DNA of 64,000 nucleotides, taken from the IMG/VR virus record IMGVR_UViG_3300028840_006257, positions 149,011 through 213,010 of that record, one strand, 5' to 3'. Positions within the stretch are counted from its first letter, which is position 1. Each line of letters starts with the position of its first letter. Below, one piece after another: positions 62,670 through 64,000 of the stretch. Under the pieces are notes generated by a model, which made no database searches, was not told the DNA's origin, and worked only from the letters and a program-made list of their open reading frames with translations. A program made the translations under genes and the position numbers.

Positions 62670-64000
62670 ATGACCGTCGCAAAGACCAACCTTGCACCCC
62701 AGGATCAGGTACGAGTCGTCTCGACCTACACGGACACCATCGCCGCGGGCCAGACGGCGCTCGAGCCGTCGGTGGCCTCGGGCGCGTCCATCGAGGACAA
62801 CGTCCACGGGATCATCTCGCAGATCAACAGGATCCTGAACGCGACGACCTCGGGCAACGACTGGTACGTGGACATCAACACGCCGAGCTCGTTCGAGGGC
62901 GGCGCGAAGCGCGGCGTCCGTGACCTGAACAGCGACCTGCACAACCTCGAGCGCAAGCGGATCCTGAAGCGCACGAGCATGGTCGGCGTCGACGTGCCGA
63001 ACCCCGGGAGCGCGCTCCTCTCCGTCCTCGGGGCTGGCGACCTGCCGACCAACACGACCGCGGCCATCGGCGCGGTCACGACCCAGGGCACCGTGCTGGC
63101 GACCGCGACGACGTTCGGCACGGCAGGTCTCGACGAGGTGGCGGGGAGCAACGCGTTGCAGCCGAAGAACCTCGCGATCCTGACGGACACGTCGACCGGC
63201 GAGGTGGTCACCCGCACGAGCGACGGCAAGCAGGTCTACGGCCTGTTCCAGTCGGAGAGCTCGACCGACGGCTCCACCATCACCGCCACGACTCCGAACC
63301 GGGTGCAGCTCAGCTTCGTCGTCCACAACGCGGCGAACGACGACCTCGAGCTCATCCAGGCCGGGGACATGAGCGGCATCGTCTTCGACTACGCCTACGT
63401 CGAGCGCGACGCCTTCGACGACCTCAACGAGCAGGACTTCCTCGGAGACGGCTTCACCGACATCGGCGTGTCCACCTCGGACCGGCAGACGGCCTACGAC
63501 GTGCAGGGGACGGCGGTGGTCACGACGACCACCAACGCCACGCTCGACCTCGGGACGGGCTTCACCTGGGAGATCGGCGACGCGGCCAGCGCCTCGCTGA
63601 TGCGGTTCACCGAGGCTTCTGCCGGAGGTACCACGGACCTCAGCATCGGGGCGGACGTCGACACCTACGTGAACTCCGCGGTGGACGTGGACTTCACCCA
63701 GGGCATCACGGTCAACACGGCCGACGCCATCAACATCGGCAAGACGACCGACCAGATCGACTTCACGGGGAACGCCACGATCACGGGCGGCACCTCGACG
63801 ATGACCCTGACCACGGACTCGAACTCCGTGACTGTCTCGACCACGACCTCGGGCAACATCAACCTCTCGTCGGTCGGCAACATCAGCAGCACGACCCAGA
63901 CGGGCGGGGCGACGGGAGGGGAGTTCGACGTCACGTGCGGGACGGGGACGACGACGGGCGGTGCCATCGACCTGAACGCGGGTGCCGGCGCGACGAACGG
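62670..64000 (+). CDS. large Thr/Gly/Asp-rich virion (tail or fibre-like) protein, runs off the window
   Basis: AGGAG RBS, MTVAKTNLAPQDQ.., no in-frame stop seen; absent from the ORF track because it is unclosed. Confidence 0.7.
   Translation, partial: MTVAKTNLAPQDQVRVVSTYTDTIAAGQTALEPSVASGASIEDNVHGIISQINRILNATTSGNDWYVDINTPSSFEGGAKRGVRDLNSDLHNLERKRILKRTSMVGVDVPNPGSALLSVLGAGDLPTNTTAAIGAVTTQGTVLATATTFGTAGLDEVAGSNALQPKNLAILTDTSTGEVVTRTSDGKQVYGLFQSESSTDGSTITATTPNRVQLSFVVHNAANDDLELIQAGDMSGIVFDYAYVERDAFDDLNEQDFLGDGFTDIGVSTSDRQTAYDVQGTAVVTTTTNATLDLGTGFTWEIGDAASASLMRFTEASAGGTTDLSIGADVDTYVNSAVDVDFTQGITVNTADAINIGKTTDQIDFTGNATITGGTSTMTLTTDSNSVTVSTTTSGNINLSSVGNISSTTQTGGATGGEFDVTCGTGTTTGGAIDLNAGAGATN

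Noticed and set aside
1-64000. Stop-codon reassignment
   Set aside because: Conserved genes end properly at both TAG and TGA and no suppressor tRNA was found; the single internal TGA is explained by the frameshift cassette.

Overview
This is a GC-rich segment of a large (jumbo-type) dsDNA phage genome using the standard code. The + strand (1-34 kb) carries a GroEL-like chaperonin and a replication/modification block: SNF2 helicase with two inteins, DnaB-like helicase, NAD+ ligase, family A polymerase with an intein, and several DNA methyltransferases, one of them split. The - strand (34-54 kb) is a translation/RNA-control block with 15 tRNA genes, a release factor, RNase Z, a ubiquitin-like conjugation operon, a macrodomain protein, an endolysin, SpeD and UDG. 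From about 55 kb the + strand carries late or virion genes. Four observations stand out. (1) Several tRNA genes are preceded by mini-ORFs rich in their own cognate codon (poly-Asp before tRNA-Asp, His run before tRNA-His, Thr-rich leader before the tRNA-Thr genes), suggesting translation-coupled feedback on tRNA production. (2) An RF1-type (PxT) release factor can only be made through a prfB-type CUU-UGA +1 frameshift. (3) One operon joins a Ro60/TROVE-vWA-like protein to E2-like, JAB, Ubl and E1 genes. (4) That operon is followed by four ncRNA-like units sharing a motif I do not recognise, three of them fused to intact, interrupted or circularly permuted tRNA bodies. All calls were made by eye from motifs; no searches were run.
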